40,675 nt of DNA from Candidatus Woesearchaeota archaeon (GTDB taxonomy: Archaea; Nanobdellota; Nanobdellia; Pacearchaeales; GW2011-AR1): NCBI GenBank assembly GCA_964468255.1, contig CAYXTB010000003.1:1-40675 (forward strand), read 5' to 3'. Under the pieces are notes generated by a model, which saw nothing but the letters and a program-made list of their open reading frames with translations, was not told where the DNA came from and searched no databases. Shown here one piece after another: positions 38,458 to 40,675 of the stretch (its first letter is position 1; the number at the start of each line of letters is the position of its first letter). The position numbers were made by a program, and so were the translations under genes.

Positions 38458-38745
38458 CTATTCCTTGAGCTTTGTTCCGCAATTCATGCAGAATTTTTCA
38501 CTCTCTTCTATTGATTTTTTACATGAAGGGCATTTTGTTAAAGGGATCACAATTTTTCCGCCGCAGTCTGGACAGAACTTTGCATCTTCGGGCGCTGTTT
38601 TGCCACATAACGAGCATCTTGGAAGGGGCTTCTTTCTTTCTATTATTGTTTTATACCCATATTTTCCGCCGGAAACTATCTTTGAAAAAACATCTTCTAT
38701 TGATTCTACATCCTGATATTTTCTTAAGTCTATATTGCTTCCCAT
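38458..38745 (-). CDS. Double zinc-ribbon protein
   Basis: Four CxxC pairs. Confidence 0.8.
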   Translation of the reverse strand: MGSNIDLRKYQDVESIEDVFSKIVSGGKYGYKTIIERKKPLPRCSLCGKTAPEDAKFCPDCGGKIVIPLTKCPSCKKSIEESEKFCMNCGTKLKE

Positions 38746-38772
38746 TTTCGCCTCTTCATGCCTCTTTTTATT

Positions 38773-38864
38773 ACAGAGAATTTAGATAATTGAGTTACAT
38801 TTTATTACAAATTCTCTGTTTGGAAAATTCGAACGAAAGGTAATATAATCAAACGAATTCTCCA
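38773..38864 (-). ncRNA. Candidate structured 5' leader: two adjacent hairpins
   Basis: Stems 38821-31/38854-64 (G-U on the minus strand) and 38773-83/38809-19; TATA at 38884-38892. Confidence 0.45.
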
Positions 38865-38930
38865 TAAACTAAATATTGTGCTATTTTATAAACATTTTGA
38901 TGTTTTCTTATAATTGATAAGTGATGATAA

Positions 38931-39004
38931 AGCCTCTACCGAGGATTGAACTCGGGGCCTCCGCATTACGAGTGCGGCGCTCTTACCAGCTGAGCTATAG
39001 AGGC
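38931..39004 (-). tRNA. tRNA-Thr(CGT), no intron, CCA not encoded
   Basis: Cloverleaf GCCTCTA..TAGAGGC; anticodon arm CCGCA-CT CGT AA-TGCGG; GTTCAATC T-loop. Confidence 0.95.
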
Positions 39005-39059
39005 ATAACATTTTGATAAGAAAGGAATATTTAAATAGCTCTCCTCCCTGTAATTTAAC

Positions 39060-40675
39060 ATGTATCTGAAAAGAGGTCTAGCAGGTTATTTCTCTGCATT
39101 CATATTATTAATGGCAATATTTTCAGCTTCAATTGTTTTTGCGCAGGAAAATGAATCTGACGAAAATGAGGCTGATATAGAAATTGAAGAAGAGATAGAA
39201 ACTGAAACTAACGAAGGAAGAGAACTTGCTGATCCTGGAATAACTCCAGATAATGCATTTTATTTTATAGATGAATTTTTTGAGAGATTTGGGGATAAAT
39301 TAAATAATAGGGAAGAGAAAATAGCGGAAATAAAGGCAATGATAGAAGAAGGTAAGATAGAAGAAGCAAGATTGTCTCTTAAGAAATATAATGAATATAT
39401 TGAAGAAATAGGGGATGAGATTGATCCTGAAAGAAGCGAAGAAGCACAGGAAAGTGTAGATGCAATTGAAGATGCTATTGACGAAATAGAAAATGATATC
39501 CCAGACGAAGACAAAGATGAGTTTGTCAATGAAATTAGAGGCAAGGAGAAGAAAGTTAGAATTGCTGCAGAACTTTCTACCAAAATAAAAGAATTATGTG
39601 AAGCACTGGCGAAAGTTGATATTAATGAGTATGCAAGAGTTTGCAGGACCGATGATAATGCTCCAGATTGGCAAAAAAGACTGGACAAAAAACTGACGAA
39701 AGAGCAAGAACAAGAAGCAAGGGAATTCTTTAAAATAATGTCACAATGCTTTAGAAATCCTAAAGAATGCGAATGTAATAAAATAACTTATGTTGATTTT
39801 GCAAATATGTGCTCTGAAATAGCTCCTTTGGCGGCTCAATGCCAAGATGGAAATGAAGAAGCTTGTATAAAAATGGATGAAATAGAAGATCCTAGGAATT
39901 TGCTGCCGGAGCATCTGCAGCATGTTCTTGATAGAATTGAAGATGAATATTCAGATGCTAAATTTGACCATTATGCTCCTCCTGAATGTAGAGAAGCCGG
40001 GGCAGATACACCAAAAGAGTGCGAGAAAATTATGATTAAAAAACATGCGCCGGAAGAGTGCAGGGAAGCATTGGAATCTGGAGAATTAGAATTTGAAAAC
40101 TTCAGACAATTTGAAAAAGCATGCCAGGAAATAATGTTTGTAAAGAATGCCCCTGAAGAATGTATCGAAGCAGGAGTCAACAATCCAAAAGAGTGCGGAA
40201 AAATAATGTTTAAACTACATGCGCCGGAAGAGTGCATTAATGCTGGATTGACAGGAGAAACAAGATTAGATGAAAAAAAATGCAGAGAAATTATGGATAG
40301 CAGAAGAGGAGAGAATAGAGGCGAAGGCAGAGGATACGGATTTGCATTAGGAAGGAACTGCAAGGAAATTCAAAACAAAGAAGAAAAATTAAAATGTTTT
40401 GAAGAAATATTTGATAATGCTCAGGAACATTATGGCTTTAAAGGAAAAGCTGAATTTGGAAATGGGAAAGAATTTGAAGGAAAAGATGAAAACGGGCAGT
40501 ATAATCAACATCAACAATATGAGCAGAATCAATATCCAAGTTCAGGAAGTTTTGAATGCCCTTCTGGATATGAAAAGAAGTGCGAAGGAGATAGATGCTC
40601 TTGCGCGCCAAGCGGGCAGACGACAACAGAACCTACGACAACACCGACAACAGAACCTACGACAACACCGACAAC
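39060..40675 (+). CDS. 3'-truncated secreted acidic protein with PGITPD motif, APEEC repeats and Thr/Pro tail
   Basis: Manual translation is open to the window end; signal peptide ends in VFA|QE; missing from the ORF track. Confidence 0.85.
   Translation, partial: MYLKRGLAGYFSAFILLMAIFSASIVFAQENESDENEADIEIEEEIETETNEGRELADPGITPDNAFYFIDEFFERFGDKLNNREEKIAEIKAMIEEGKIEEARLSLKKYNEYIEEIGDEIDPERSEEAQESVDAIEDAIDEIENDIPDEDKDEFVNEIRGKEKKVRIAAELSTKIKELCEALAKVDINEYARVCRTDDNAPDWQKRLDKKLTKEQEQEAREFFKIMSQCFRNPKECECNKITYVDFANMCSEIAPLAAQCQDGNEEACIKMDEIEDPRNLLPEHLQHVLDRIEDEYSDAKFDHYAPPECREAGADTPKECEKIMIKKHAPEECREALESGELEFENFRQFEKACQEIMFVKNAPEECIEAGVNNPKECGKIMFKLHAPEECINAGLTGETRLDEKKCREIMDSRRGENRGEGRGYGFALGRNCKEIQNKEEKLKCFEEIFDNAQEHYGFKGKAEFGNGKEFEGKDENGQYNQHQQYEQNQYPSSGSFECPSGYEKKCEGDRCSCAPSGQTTTEPTTTPTTEPTTTPT
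40621..40675 (+). repeat. 24-bp coding tandem repeat (TTEPTTTP)
   Basis: cgacaacagaacctacgacaacac x2 plus a partial unit. Confidence 0.9.

Noticed and set aside
38931-39004. tRNA-associated integrated element
   Set aside because: No integrase and no duplicated tRNA 3' end seen in the window.
39260-40626. Minus-strand ORFs in the track
   Set aside because: Antisense shadows of the long plus-strand gene starting at 39060; the same applies to most short ORFs nested in other genes.
40621-40675. CRISPR array
   Set aside because: Contiguous in-frame 24-bp units without spacers; a coding Thr/Pro repeat.

Overview
AT-rich archaeal chromosomal segment, inferred to be DPANN (most like Pacearchaeota/Woesearchaeota). 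Evidence: class III pilin signal peptides, class I CCA enzyme, aCPSF1-psmB pair, TrmB, OapABC/ArvABC, and TATA boxes about 27-31 nt before start codons. Left to right it holds: (i) a four-gene surface-protein cluster whose first two genes share an apparently identical 734-bp tract, the first gene ending in a tandem HTH; (ii) glutaredoxin, aldehyde dehydrogenase, an MNT-HEPN pair, a saccharopine-dehydrogenase-family enzyme and thioredoxin reductase; (iii) a type IV pilus locus interrupted by an ArmA/Rmt (FmrO)-like 16S rRNA methyltransferase, followed by adhesin-like proteins and the OapA/ArvA GTPase cluster; (iv) housekeeping genes (cca, TrmB, presenilin-like protease, aCPSF1, psmB, rad50, mre11, two more pilins, SRP RNA, argS, tRNA-Thr(CGT)); (v) a truncated Cys-repeat secreted protein. 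The best novelty candidates are the putative donor-strand fibre operon with a regulator-fused, gene-converted subunit copy (1-4755) and two promoter-preceded twin-hairpin RNAs with complementary loops (20160-20245, 38773-38864). All calls are by eye; no searches were run.
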